A stretch of 64,000 bases of DNA, taken from the NCBI RefSeq assembly GCF_011386835.1, contig NC_088801.1, positions 11,656,001 through 11,720,000 on the forward strand, given 5' to 3'. A program made the position numbers and the translations under genes. The DNA comes from Chrysemys picta bellii. Its lineage: Eukaryota. This document shows, one piece after another, positions 13,620 through 26,856 of this stretch (the first letter of the stretch is position 1; every line of letters starts with the position of its first letter). The notes under the pieces were generated by a model. The model did not search any database. It saw nothing but the letters and a program-made list of their open reading frames with translations, and was not told the DNA's origin.

Positions 13620-15170
13620 CTTACTTACTGTAACTGAAGTTTCTTCGAGATGTGTTGTCCCTATCTGTGTCTACATGTGGGTGTGCATGCCCACCATGCA
13701 CCTGAATACAGAAATTCTTAATAGCAGTGTCCGTGGACCTGCAGGTAAGTGAGTCGATTGATTGATATAGAACTCAGAAACAATCTTGAAGAGCAATTTG
13801 GGGTGTAAATTAAGGGAGACCACCTCTTTGTGAAATACTGTATAAAGAGTCTGCCATCACGGCTCCTAGCTCTTTGACCCTTCTGGCCAAAGTGATGGCC
13901 ACTAAGAACACCACCTTCATGGACAGGTGGGTCATGGTATGTGTTGCCATATGTTCGAAGGGTGCACCTGAGAGTGTTGACAGGACAAGGTTACGGTCCC
14001 ATTGAGGCATAGATTTAATGACCGGTGGGAAGGTACCGATCAAGCCCTTCATAAATTGCACAGTAGCCAGGTGTGTAAACACAGAACACAGGAGGAAGGC
14101 ACTAATTGCTGCTAGGCATACCCGCAGCAAACTAAGGGCCAGACCTGAAGTCTCTAAGGAGGGGAACTAGTCCAGGAAAAACCAAAATGACCACCTACCA
14201 AGGGAATGTTGGTGGCGTTGTGCCCAGGTTGAAAAGTGCCACCATTTAGCCTGTTAGCAGGCTCTAGTAGAATCCTTTCTACCTTGTATAAGGATTTCCT
14301 GAGCAGGGGTGGCGTATGAGTATTCTATTTCAGATGCCCATCTGAAGGTGGAGTGAGCCTGGGTTGGGGTGCTTGATTTTCCCTCCATCCTGGGTTAAGA
14401 GATCCTGAAATGGGCGGCTTCTGATAAATGGCATGCGGTCATTGTCTTGAAGCCCATGAGAGCTCCCCTTACACTCATGGGGAGCCCTGGAGGAGGACTC
14501 TTTGGGCTTCTGTGGTAAAGGCTCCGTTCCAAGACTCGTGCCTGGAGGGGCACTGCTGGTCATTTGAGGCAAGTATATGGTGGGTCTCCTGGGAACAAGG
14601 TCAGAGTGGGGCCTCAGAGCCTCCTCCATCAGGAACTTTTTTAGTCAGTGCTCTTGGACCTCTCTAGTTCTGGGTGGGAAGAATCAATAGCTACTGCACT
14701 TTGCAGAAATGTGCACCTCACCCAGGCAGAACAGGCACCTTTGATGCTTGTCATTGACAGAGAAGGAGCAAGGGCAGGAGATGCAATTTTTGAATCCCAA
14801 GATTCTGGGTGTAGTCTTGGGACCAGGGAAGATTTTCGGCGAATGGGGGCAGGGGAGAGAAATTATCCTATACTAACTATAACTACCAAGTTAAGATATA
14901 AAAATGCTTTACAGCAAGTCTCCATTACAGGTTATGCATGGAGAGAAGGAGGACATGATTCTGACCCTGGCCATGCAGTGGTAAGAAGGACCTGGAAAGG
15001 TGTTGACCCACACTGCCTCTTATACTCTCAGTCGGGAGCATGAGGGACACTATTGTGCGTGTGCTGGTCAATGGACACTGCTTTGAAGCATTTCTGGACT
15101 CAGGTGTATGGCATGCACACATACCCTCGTTTGGAAAAGACATAGCAGGACCAACACTTGAAGAAGAACC
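13620..15170 (-). mobile_element. DIRS (tyrosine-recombinase retrotransposon), internally deleted
   Basis: Inverted terminal repeats (about 13638-13742 versus 15062-15168). On the minus strand: Gag Zn-finger GFKNCISC...HQRCLFCLGEVHISAKC, then LMEEALRP, then DLLTQDGGKIKHPNPGSLHL, then the YR fragment QFMKGL...WDRNLVL...PFE...KVVFLVAITLARRVKEL (13810-14130). Confidence 0.88.
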
Positions 15171-15244
15171 AACAGACTTCATCCTCCTATAATAATAGAA
15201 GCTTTGAGGCAGAACAAGGACATTAGCCCCTCAGGAAACCATAC

Positions 15245-15410
15245 CTTAAACCAAGTTATTTGAGGCTGTGGTCGTCCTGTTATTTTACAGGAGAATTTGC
15301 CTGTCTGGCCTTCACGCACGATGACTCTGTTGGGTTTCGTAGCAAACTTTGGTGGACTTTCTCCCCAGATGCTTGGCCTGTTCTCCACTGACGGAACAGA
15401 AAATCTGCCC
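15245..15410 (-). CDS. MYLK: MYLK coding exon 4 (166 nt), start of Ig2
   Basis: GRFSVPSVENRPSIWGESPPKFATKPNRVIVREGQTGKFSCKITGRPQPQITWFK. Acceptor ctttccag|G, donor AAG|GTATGG, phase 2 to 0. Confidence 0.96.
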
Positions 15411-16849
15411 CTGGAAAGGCAATGAACATTTTAGCTTAGCAGAGGAGTTGTAACCTTTTTTTCTGGTTAGGCACACTTCAGAAAGTATATTAGAACAGTG
15501 GTCTGCCAACTGTGAAATAGTGTAGGTGGTAACCAACATTGAGTGACAAAGATACCAGCATAAGATAACAATTTTTGGCCAGAAGGACAAAATTTCAGAA
15601 ATCAGAAGCTGGCAATGTGTGGCCAATGTAAGGAACAAAATGCTGACTTGTGATAAGGAGACACCCAGCACAGGCCCACATGTTGGAGACCACTGCTCTC
15701 AACTACTCATGCAACTGGACACTGTTCTTCTATGTGCCCTCATCCAACAAACACACAACAAGCACTCACACCTTTTTTTTGACAATTCTGGTTGCTTATA
15801 ACCAGAGCTGGGCAAACTAGTCACAATGTACAAAATATACATTTAAATATACATTTTTTTCCAATCTATGAATTGTCTGCCAACAAATATAGATTTACCC
15901 ATATTTGTTAGCTGTTCAGAATTATTCTCCAATTATTTCACCGTCGATGAGTGTGATAATCACAATCACTGACATTCACTTTTCACCACTGTTCTAACGT
16001 GTGTACTTAAAATTCACTATTTTAGTAAATGTTTCTGCCAGGAAATTCATTCACTGGAATGTTCACAAAGTGAACATGAAAATGGCACAAACAAAACAAA
16101 GCAAATGAGTTTAGAAATTCAAATTAATGATAATTAATAACTTTTAGCAGGATTGGCCCAGCTTTGCTTATAAAAATGACACAGCTGTGGAACAAAGTGC
16201 TTTTCTACGGAAGTGACACTTCAACACTGAGTGAGGTCAGTCACATAACCTTGAAATGCAAAACAGCATTGTAAGCAAGACAAAATAAGTGCCATTTATG
16301 CCGGTTAATGTCAAAAGGAGCTATCTGAATACAGCCACGGTATAATCAAGCCACACGTTAGCAGAAGATAGTAGATGGTGATTATTTTTAGCCTTGAATT
16401 TCCGGCAAACCAAACCACTTTTGGGGCCTTGATTTTCCACACAGCATCTTACCCACGTGCAAATGAGATGTGTAAATACCTCCCTTTTTCTATAAGGTAT
16501 CGGAACACTAATACAGACCTCACAGCCTCAGTTCAAGGAGCTGCCAAGATATGATGGTGGCCATATGGGCTACTTGAGGATTCTGAGTAAGACAAGACCA
16601 TGATGGAGAGGATTTAAACAGAGAACAGGAATACTGAAATTTTTTGGGCAAAAGTGGTGCCTTACCCCTAAAGAGGAAGGCGGGTGCTTTGTAAAGAGGG
16701 TCACTCAGATAGTTCAGTCCCAAAATTTAGAGGGCATGCATGTGTGTGTGCGCATGTGTGTATATGTATACATAAATGTACACACAGGTGTATGTATATA
16801 TACACTGATACATCAAAAGAGAATATTAATTACCACTAGATTACTAGAA

Positions 16850-16851
<2 letters not shown>

Positions 16852-16889
<38 letters not shown>
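16852..16889. repeat. (AC)19 microsatellite
   Basis: Uninterrupted AC run. Confidence 0.97.
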
Positions 16890-16891
<2 letters not shown>

Positions 16892-17205
16892 CCTAGGTTT
16901 TACAAAACCAAATACAAATAGCTATTTTAATATTATTTTCTTTTTTAAAATAAATCAAGAGTATTTTGGATTTAAATCTTTCCATAACTGCAAATTCTGA
17001 AAGCTCTAAACAGGAGTAAAACACAGGAGCAAAAAAACCAGGAGGATGAACCTTTTAATAACTCTATTAAAATCCACTGGATTAGGTGAGCTCTTTAGAA
17101 AGACAGAGCTAAATAGCAACATGACTATCCTTCCTTAGTAGGACTATTTGGCATGTGCATATTCCCCTAGCATGTTTGCAATACACATAACAGCATAAAA
17201 GAACC

Positions 17206-18530
17206 TAAAAACCGGTTACCTACCTTTTTGTAAATGATGTTCTTCGAGATGTGTTGCTCATGTCCATTTCATTCTAGGTGTACACATGCCCAATAGCACG
17301 GTCATGGGAAATTTTTGCCTTAGCGGTATCCATAGGGCTGGCTGTGGCACCCCCTTGAGTGCCACGCTCATGTGTCAGTATATCAAGCGCTGCCGGCCCT
17401 ACGCCCTCTCAAATCTTTCTTGCAACTCCGACAGAGGGGCAGGAGGGCGTGTAATGGAATGGACATGAGCAACTCATCTTGAAGAACAACTGTTACAAAA
17501 GGGTTTTTTCTTCTTCGAATGCTTGCTCATGTCGATTCTATTCTAGGTCACTTACAAGCAATGTCCATGGAGGTGGACTCAGAGTTCACAGACTTGCAGC
17601 TTGCAGCACTGCTCTGCCCAAGCCAGTGTCGTCTCGAGCTTGTAGGGTAAGCGCATAATGTGACGTGAGCATGTGGGGGTGGGGGCGGTCGGAGCTGCTT
17701 CCATGCAGACTGCAGCATATGCATACCCAGCGAGCAAAGGGTGGCCCGAGTGTCCTTCAATCCATGCAGCCTTGCACCAGTCTGCTCCAAAAAGAGTCCA
17801 TTCCCATCGAATGGGAGGTCCTGGATAGAGGTCTGCATCTCTTGGGACAGGCTGGTGGTCTGAAGCCAGGAGCTGCACCTCATGACCACCGCCAATGCGA
17901 CCACCCTAGGTGCTGAGTCCGCCACGTCCCACGCCACCTGGAGAGAGCACCTAGCTGCCATGATGCCCTCCTCCACCAGGGTTCCGAATTTCTGGGCCAA
18001 ACCCTGAGGGAGGGACTCGTTTAACTTACAGAGAGAATCCGATAAGTTAAAATTGTACCTGCAGAAGAGGGACTGATAGTTCGCCACCCGGAATTGCAGG
18101 CTGGCTGTTAAATACATTTAAACTATACTTAACACTAACTACTATAAGCAACTATTTGCAAGGCCCTAAGGCTTGAAGTCAGAAAAGACGAAACCGCTAG
18201 CCCTTGCTATGAATGGAAAGGCGCTCTTGACTAACCATCACGGGTGGTAAGAAGGAACTGAGAGGGTGTAGGGCTGGCAGCACCTGATATACCAACATAT
18301 GAGAGGGGCACCACAGCCAGCCATACAGATAACTAGCTGCCGTGATGCCCTCCTCCACCAGGGTTCTGAATTCCTGGGCCAAACCCTGAAGGAGGGACTC
18401 GTTTAACTTACAGAGGGAGTCCGATAAGTTAAAATTGTACCCGCAGAAGAGGGACTGATAATTTGCCACCCGGAATTGCAGGCTGGCGTGCACACCTAGA
18501 ATGGAATCAACATGAGCAAGAACTTGAAGA
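17206..18530 (-). mobile_element. DIRS non-autonomous derivative with Gag (ORF1) fragment
   Basis: ORF 17548-18117 is DIRS ORF1-like (LQFRVANYQSL...IQDLPFDGNGLF...LHGLKDTRATL). Terminal and ICR-type repeats GTTCTTCGAGATGTGTTGCTCATGTC occur in both orientations at 17230-17550 and about 18490-18530. Confidence 0.87.
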
Positions 18531-19214
18531 ACTAGTCACTTTCACTTGCTTGGCTAGTCTATTTTCATCACTGTAATCTGAGCGAAATCCGAAAGGTAAA
18601 TAAATAGGATTCATAGCAAAAAGGGAAATTAAAATACTCAGTACTAATAATCTGTGTTCTGATCACTAACATTGGCAAGGGAAATTATTTTTGTTTGAAC
18701 CTATTGGGGCCCATTTCCCCACTCAATCACAGTGGTGTGAATCAGGAATAAGCCAATTAAAGTCAATCGGGTTATAAAAGTGTAAAACCGCAAGTAATTG
18801 CAAGAAGAATCAGGCTCAGAATTTTGAACCCCAAAACAACCATTTAATTATAAATGTTTGGTAAAGAGCACAGCTCATGCAGCAGAGAAATTGTCCTCTG
18901 TGCCAGCCTCAGCCCTGAAGTTATGTCTGGATACGTTAGTCCATTATTGCTAGTGATAGTAATATGGGGCAAATCTTGAACAAACACACAGTTGTGCTGG
19001 GTACTGGGGGTGGGGGGGGGAGGAGGAAGGGGATCACCTTAAATATGGGAGAACACTCTTTTACAGTAGATTCCCTTCTAAAATCTCAATTTTAATCAAT
19101 ATCTACCATTGCTTTAAGGATAAATAGGCAGGTAATGCATGTAGGAGTTTAGAATGCTAATGGTCAGGGATGGCAGGTGGGATGGTATTGCACTAAGGAC
19201 ACCATCAGTGACAA

Positions 19215-19609
19215 TAGGGTTGCCAGGTGTCCCCACACCCTGAACCCCTTCCCACATCCCAACCCCCTGCCCGGAGTCCCCTCCCACACCTCAAACCCCT
19301 CATCTCCGGCCCCACACCAAGCCTTCACCCCCAGTTGAGTCCTCACTCCCCTCGCACTCCAGCCCCCTGCCCCAGCCCAGAGCCCTCTCCCACACCCTGT
19401 ACCCCTCATTTCTGGCCCCAGCCAGAGCCTGCACCCCAGCTCAGAGCCCATACCCCCCCTGCACCCTAACCCAGCCCGGTGAAAGTGAGTGAGGGTGGGG
19501 AAGAGAAAGCAACAGAGGGAGGGGGGATGGAGCGAGCGGGGGTGGGGCCTCGGAGAAGGGACAGGGCAGGGGTGTTCGGTTTTGTGCGATTAGAAAGTTG
19601 GCAACCCTA
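19215..19609. mobile_element. GC-rich hAT-type MITE
   Basis: TIRs TAGGGTTGCCA / TGGCAACCCTA, interior of C-rich CCCCA/GCCC units. No matching TSD seen. Confidence 0.75.
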
Positions 19610-20519
19610 TTTAAAAGCACCCACACCTAATCCTCAAGCTACCAAAATCCTTCCAGCTTGAGAAAAGCGCTCATCAACCAAGGTCTTTGGTTGTGGCCAT
19701 GGGTAATATTACAGAAACACCATTTGGCCCATTAAACTGCTTAATCTCAATGATCCCAACTCAAGACAGTTTCATGAGTGCCAACTGCAAAAGGGCTAGC
19801 AAGACGCATCTTTCCAGCCCTCCTAAAATAAATGGGAAAGAGTTCACATCCATGGTGAACCCGGAGTAAGCTGCGCTTGTCTACACATTGATTCCTATGG
19901 GTGTATTCTCCCGACTGGCATGGGACAGGACTAGCTGAAGCAGGTTACTGCCATTCCTTCTCAGACAAACATCAATCGTCTGCATATATTATTCTCATGG
20001 ATTTACAGACAGAACAGCTCTCAATGTAGCACATTGATTTGGGCTTATTCTGGTTACTTGTTTACAGGCATTACGTGGGCACTCATCGCCACAGAATCCG
20101 AGCATTTCACAATCACTAATGTGGTCAGCCTTCTAGCACCTTCGGGAATTAGGCTAGTAGTGCTACCCCATTTTACAAACAGGAAAACTATGGCACTGCA
20201 GGGTTTTCCACAAGGCCACATGGGAATAGAACCCAGATCTCCGTCTTGTGCCTTAACAAGACCACCCCTTCCTCCATTATTCAAGCCTTTGCTGTTGGAA
20301 GAGAATGCTGCCAAGGTCACTATATGCTTTTTTAATCTGGTCAGGCTTTATTAGGGGCTAAGCGGAAATCAAACTCGTTTTAATTGGCCCTCAAAGTAAA
20401 ACTGAGCAGTAATGTTAGACAGCAAAGTCACTTGAGGAAAAAAAATTCTCTAGTCTCTCCACAACCTTCACCACCAGACCTTGTGTTTTAAAGAACTCCA
20501 TGGAGCCTAGAATTCTTAC

Positions 20520-20568
20520 CCAGGGGTTTTGGCACTGGATGGCAGGCTGTATTTCTTCAAGGAGTTTC
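20520..20568 (-). CDS. MYLK: MYLK coding exon 3 (49 nt linker; not in ORF track)
   Basis: (G)NSLKKYSLPSSAKTP(G). Acceptor catacag|GAAAC, donor GG|GTAAGA. Phase 1 to 2 joins exactly to the neighbouring exons. Confidence 0.93.
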
Positions 20569-23500
20569 CTGTATGTTATAGAAAGACAACAAATTAGATG
20601 ACTTATCATGGTTATTAGGTACAACAGATACCAAAATCTGTGTAAGTACTGTATTTCTTTCTCCTGCTTTCAAACAAGGATCATGAAAATTAGAGGCGGA
20701 AGATACCTATGGTACAAGTTATTTTACCCACAATCTAACCAATGCAGTTGTATGCCCTTCAGTATAGGACTGTGTTTGGTTCAGACCTGTGTTAAATACT
20801 TAAACTATTAATTAGATTTGGGTTCCAGCCAGAACTCCAATCTAACCATCCCTGAATATTCGGAATTTACAAATCCACTATCCACACTTTGTGACTCAGG
20901 CCACAAAGACCCCCGTCTACTTATAACTAATATTGATTAATGATTAGAGAACGTGACTTTCACCCACATTGTATTCCAGTGGAGAAGGCATCAAACTACA
21001 TGTCCAACATTCAAAGACACTGGCTTCCTGTGTAATTTTGGGAAAATTACTTAAGAGGCCAGTTTTCACAACTTAGGAACTGCTAAATTCTTGGTTCAGT
21101 TTCCTCATCCATAAAATAGGGATAATTTCTTATTCACCTTTGCAAAACCATTTGAGATCACTGGATGAAACACTCTATTATAAAATCCAAGTATTATTAA
21201 TAATCATTTTTCAGAGTGGCAGGATTAGAGAGACACATGAACAGGCTATTCTTTTATTCGTGTATTTGTCCATGTCACCTTTCTTTTCAGTGTGCTTCTT
21301 TTCAAGGTAATATAACCCACCCTACACTACTGACAAAATATACACTGTGCACAAAATGCACTGATTACTTAGCACCATCTACTGGACAGACTAACAAAAT
21401 AAACATTACTAGCTTTTTAACAGACAAAAATGGTCAATGAAACAGGGCAGATCAAGGGCGACAGTGAGAAATAAACAACTTTGGCAGCTGTCAAAAATGG
21501 AAGCTTCTTGAGATTTATAAGTATCTGCCATAGATTTAATTTAAAACGAGTATACCAGATGGAGTGGTACCAGTCAAAACCTCTGGTCAGAAAAGCTACA
21601 TAGTGATTCAGTAATATTTCTTTCAGACAACAACCAGTCCCGTACGCTTATCTTCACTGGAAATAAATAGTTCTCTATTTTACATCAGTGGCACAAGGAG
21701 GATTATTAGAACAAAGACTTCTGTAGTTCCCAAACCCTAATGAGCTTAATCCTTGGGTGCTTTACTGCATGGAATTTAAAACAATAATGAATTCAGGACT
21801 GAACAGCCAATTTCAGGAAACTGATTTCAAATTCTGCCCCTGCGCAACCTGTTGATTGCAACAAGTTAGAATCAGAAAAGGAAAGAATTTGCATAACAGA
21901 AAATAATAATGTTCATGCCAGATACATGCATATTTCAGTTTGCACTCTGAGGATTTCCATAAGAGGTCTTTGACCATGAATAGACAAACATTTTTTTTTT
22001 CCAGGAAAGGATGAAGTTGGGCAAGATATGCCTTGGGAATTCAACAGGAAGCCAACAACCTGAAGGGCTTTGGTATTCACCAGAACCCTGAAAAGAGGCA
22101 CATTGGCCAGCTTGCAAACAGAGAGTAGCACTGATGTCGATTTCTAACACTTTTCTCCGGCTCTGTGTTACTGGGAGTTTTAAATTTAGCAGTGTAAAGC
22201 TTTGTCTACACTGCCAATTGAAGGACAAAACTTTTGTTGTTCACAGGTGCTTAAAAAGTCCTTCTCACTCGGAAAGACAAAAGTTTTGCTGCAGCGGGTG
22301 GCAGTGTAAACGGCTCGTTGTCAACAGAGGCGCTCTCCTGTCAACAACGCGAACCCCGCTCGTAGGGGGTGGAAGTATTTTGTTGGCAAAAGTGCCGACA
22401 AACAGCGTTTACACTGCCCCACTTTTAGCGACAAGTGTAAACAAAGCCTTAGATTATCTAATATGCAGATGTGCCTTTCCAAATTCCCAGTTTGATCGTA
22501 GCTACTTCCCATGTGACACAGACATATTATGTGCAAACTGAACCATATATTGAGCACAGCTGGGAGATCCTCAAGAAATGAAGACTTTCACTTATGATGC
22601 TACTGTGTTATAAAAGCACCTGTAATTGGTGTTATCACTGTATCTGACAGTCAGTTGCTATTTCCCTCAGAAATCTGTGGTTTCCATGGCTATTGGCCTA
22701 ATCCTGAGAAGTGGCTTCCATGGAAGTTAAAGGTGCTTTAGCAGCCCCCAAGATCAGGCCCTTTGTTACCCAACCATTTTAAGGCATATGAAGCTAAAAC
22801 ACCTACTTTAGCACCTCACAAGCGCGCGCACACACACACACACACACGTAGAACTCCCCTGCTTCTGGGGAAAGAAGGTGACAGGCAAAAGGTTACTGTT
22901 TCTATCGAGTAGGCTCCTTCAAGGTTCCAAAACAGTGGACAAGAGGGTGGCCAGACTTCCAGAAAAACTTGGTATCTACAGCCAGAAGACTGAAGATTCC
23001 TGTGGTAGATTTCCCTAAAGGGACATTCTTCTATCAAACCCTTGCCCATGGAATTACAACATTCATGAGGTCTTGCTTATATTTTTATTGGTATCAATTC
23101 AACATCTTTACAATGACAAGAGGAAACTTATGGGTCTGATCCAACTCCCACTGAAGTCACTGGTTTAAGCCTTTAATACTTAACACTAACTTATTTCATA
23201 CAGGATACTGATTAAGGGAGTTTTTTCTTGATCTGGATTTCCATTAAAAAAAAATCTAGAAAAATTCAAAATACAAGGTGCCATCTGTGATAAGTACATG
23301 TCAAACTGTCTTGTACATACCATCTCATTAAATGCTACCATACATTGCTGTAATAAAGCCATGCAATGGAGTTCAAAGTTTCCATTGTTTTAAATTAAAA
23401 CCTCCCCTTACATTTTCAAAATGTCGTACCAGGTTTTAGCAGCAAAACTCCTATTAATTGCACTGGTATCCTTGTGGCTCATTTCCCATTCTGTACTTAT

Positions 23501-23834
23501 TCAGCCCCCAAATATGGAGGCACCCAAGGTAAGTGGAAACACTTCTGAAGATTTGGGGCTATGTGACTTGCTCCTAGCATCAGAAAGAATGAGTGTCAGG
23601 TGGGATTAGAACTAAAACTCCTGGCCCCTAACCCTGTGCTCAGACCACTCTTCTCAATGAGTATGGTGATGAGGCTAATGAGTTCTACTTCTACATCAGT
23701 GATCAACATTGTACATACAGGTTGGATCTTCACCTGTCAGTTTGATAATCTCATCTATCTTGCCCCCTTTAGAGGGTGTGTTTTATCATACCCATGATTA
23801 TATTTAAGGAACAGCATAGTAATAGTCCTCTTAC

Positions 23835-24042
23835 CTTCCACAGTTAGCTCCACTGTCACCTGGCGAACTCCACCATCATTTGCAGCCTCACAAGTGTATT
23901 TACCACCATCTTCCTCTTGCACATTTTTGATCACTAAGCTGAAAATCCCTCGAATGCTGCGGTCCACTACGTAATACTCTCCCTCTGTGATGGGAAGTCC
24001 ATTTCTGTACCATGTGATCTTAGGTTCTGGATAGCCCCTGAC
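23835..24042 (-). CDS. MYLK: MYLK coding exon 2 (208 nt), Ig1 I-set domain
   Basis: VRGYPEPKITWYRNGLPITEGEYYVVDRSIRGIFSLVIKNVQEEDGGKYTCEAANDGGVRQVTVELTVE-G. Acceptor ctttctag|GTC, donor G|GTAAGA, phase 0 to 1. Confidence 0.97.
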
Positions 24043-25850
24043 CTAGAAAGATGGGTTGGGAAGAGGAGGGGAAGAAGAAAAACATAACAAGTGATTTTAT
24101 CAATAAGAAATGCAGGATATTGAGCAACATTGTGGAAAGTTCTTGAAGCAGTAACTGTTAAACACATAAAAAACTTTGCAAGCCAAATGGCAGAACCTAT
24201 TGAAACAGAGAAACGACAGGACAAATCAAAATGTTAAACTCATACTACTACTCAGGCAGATACTTATGCAGTGAAAGTTTTCCATTAGAATGATTTGCCT
24301 GCAGCAACATATTAAACTCACCAATGAGGAATTCTGAGGCCCAGGTTCCAAATATATAGAAATTCAAAGGCAGAGCAACTACTGTACATTTAAGTATGCA
24401 GGGCCTTTAGGCCAAATTTTTCTAACGTGGTTGCCTGCAGTTTGGCTGCTACTGGAAATGGTATTTATGCCACATGTCCCATAGGAAAGGGACTTGATTT
24501 TCCAATGTGCTGAGCACCTATAGCTCCTATTGACATCAGCGGAAGCCCCTCTGTCAACTAACCCACTTTTAAAAGAAAAATGAAGGGTCCACATTTGAAA
24601 ACATGCCTTAACAGCCACTCAGATGCCTTGGTGGTGGGCACAGCACAGGACCCTAGAAAGATTAGATACCTCTCCCCCATATTATACTAAATGGATTCAG
24701 TCTATTGGTGAGCGAGCACAGACATGCATAATCGACTATAAAATGACAGTAGCCATAAGTTCATTGCAGAAGAGAACCACGTTAATTTTTTGCAAAGAAA
24801 GGAGAGGAGGTGGGTAGCTCATCGTCTGCTGCAGGTATTACTGATAGCTTCACATTTTGAGCCAGCTCTTCAGCTGGCATAAATGGTCATAGCATCATCG
24901 ACTTCAATTGAACCATTCACGTCAGCTGAGGTTGTGGCGTTTTCACTCACAGAAGCAGGGAAAAAAAACAAAAACCCAGACATGCCCCTGATTTCCTCAC
25001 AGAATTAACTGTTCAGGCAACGGTTCTTCCCACACTTCATGAGAAGCGCCACAACTTTGGGGATGCCTTTGTATGTGTCAAGTCACCCTAATGCAGCCAG
25101 CAAAGTAATATTTTCACCCTCCTTCCCTAATCCCTAACTGATAATTTAGCTCCCATTTCCTTGATCAAACATATTGTCTTTGCCTGAAACTCTTAAAATA
25201 ACTGAACGGATCAAGAAGAAATGCCTCCTGCTGGCCTCCATCTCCTACTAAGGAGAAGGAATGCTGCAATCTGCTCTATTTTATGGAAGTTGGGCTTCCT
25301 AGCAAGTTGCCAATTTAGCTGCCCAGCAAAATTTAGATGCTCTGTCTTCAGTTGCATATAACTTAGTTTATCCAGATTCCTCCAACATTTCCTCCCTGCC
25401 TTGATTCAGCTGTCCATTTCCTTTTCCCGTACCACTCGCTCTCCTACTTACAATTTTCAGCAGCACCACCCATACTCATTCCTTTGTTCTCTTCTTTCAA
25501 AACCAACCCTTTCATTTCTAATCCAATCCCACTTCACACCAGCTGGGTTTCTCTTCTGCTGGAGCCTAACATTCCGATCTGCAAGGCTTTTTTAGAACCA
25601 CAGCACTTACAGTAGTCAGAAGCCCTTTCCCTTCCATTAACTCCTAGTTACTTTTGTTAGTGACATGGCAATCCACACTCCGTCACATTAATTACCCAAT
25701 ATACAGTCCGTCATTACAGGAAATATTATGTTTCCCACTGTAGACAACATAATGAATGTGCTGGAGGAGCTTTCTATTTCCAATCTAAACATCTAAAACT
25801 TTTCCCAAGCCCAGCTTTACTTAAACAACATCAAGGTCCTTTGGTGAAAG

Positions 25851-26029
25851 TGTAACCCACACACCTCCTGGGTGTGGTACTCTGTCCCATCTAGTGGCAC
25901 TGAGACCACTTAGAGAGAGATTAATGAGTCTGCTCTACACCCTTAGCTAAGAGCCATGTGGCTTTTAGCTCATGCATTTAGCACCAGAGATTCCAGGTTC
26001 GATCCCGCCCGGGGTCTGTCGGTGTTACA
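25851..26029. mobile_element. Short solo LTR (179 bp) with tRNA-like B box
   Basis: TGTAAC...GTTACA termini, perfect 4-bp TSD AAAG, GGTTCGATCCC at 25996-26006. Confidence 0.72.
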
Positions 26030-26536
26030 AAAGCTCTTTGGAATTCTTCAGCAATGGGAGACACTATTATAAATAAAAAGAGCCACCAAATCTCTTAATA
26101 ACTTCATGGAGTTATCCTCACAAACCCCCTGTAAGGTAGGGAAATGTTGTTATCCTCATTTATGGATTTGGAACAGAGGCACAGAAGCTAAGTGATGTGC
26201 CCGGAGACACACAGGATGTTTGTGGTGGAACAGGAATCGAACCCAGGTCTCTCACAGCCCAGACTAATACTATAAGCACTGGACCGTCCATCCTCTCTCC
26301 ATATTATGTGGCCATGCATTTCATAGAGCACAAGGTCCAACAACACACAGACTGTGCATCCATTATACCGTTTATCTTTCATGGTCAAAAAGATCACCAC
26401 AGGGTCCTCAAGCTACAGGAACATTGTTTAAAAATAAACAAAAACACACCAAACAAATCTCTATCATAATTTAAAAACTAAATAGAAAAGCTCATCAAGA
26501 GATGTTCATGTAGCAGAAGGGAAACATCTTCTACAC

Positions 26537-26856
26537 CACTGGTCCCCAAGCTGTGGGGCACTCCCCACTATGGGGACACAGAGGTATGTTTGGGGGGCTG
26601 CAGCAGGGCCTGGGCCAGCCCCCATGGGGGGCAGGGAGAGAGCACCACCCACCCCACTCTGCCCCCCAACTCCACACTGGCCCCAGCTGCAGCTTTGGCT
26701 CCTGGCCAGCACCACAGCCCCGGCCCTGCTCCCAGGCCCAATCCCGGCCCCCTGCTGCAGCTCCCAACTGACTCCCGGGGAGGCGTGGACAGATTCCATT
26801 ACTGGTAAGGGGGGGGGGGGGGGGAGAATGCGACAGAAAAAGTTTGGGGACCACTG
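26537..26856. mobile_element. hAT (Charlie-type) MITE
   Basis: Ends CACTGGTCCCCAA / TTGGGGACCACTG, perfect 8-bp TSD TTCTACAC. Confidence 0.88.

Noticed and set aside
14648-15043. 131-aa plus-strand ORF
   Set aside because: Antisense shadow of the DIRS gag/5' UTR; the meaningful Zn-finger frame is on the minus strand.
19227-19626. Pro-rich and Gly-rich ORFs in GC-rich blocks (also 26506-26950, 55463-56096, 57111-57592)
   Set aside because: All fall in GC-rich non-autonomous DNA transposon interiors; compositional artefacts.
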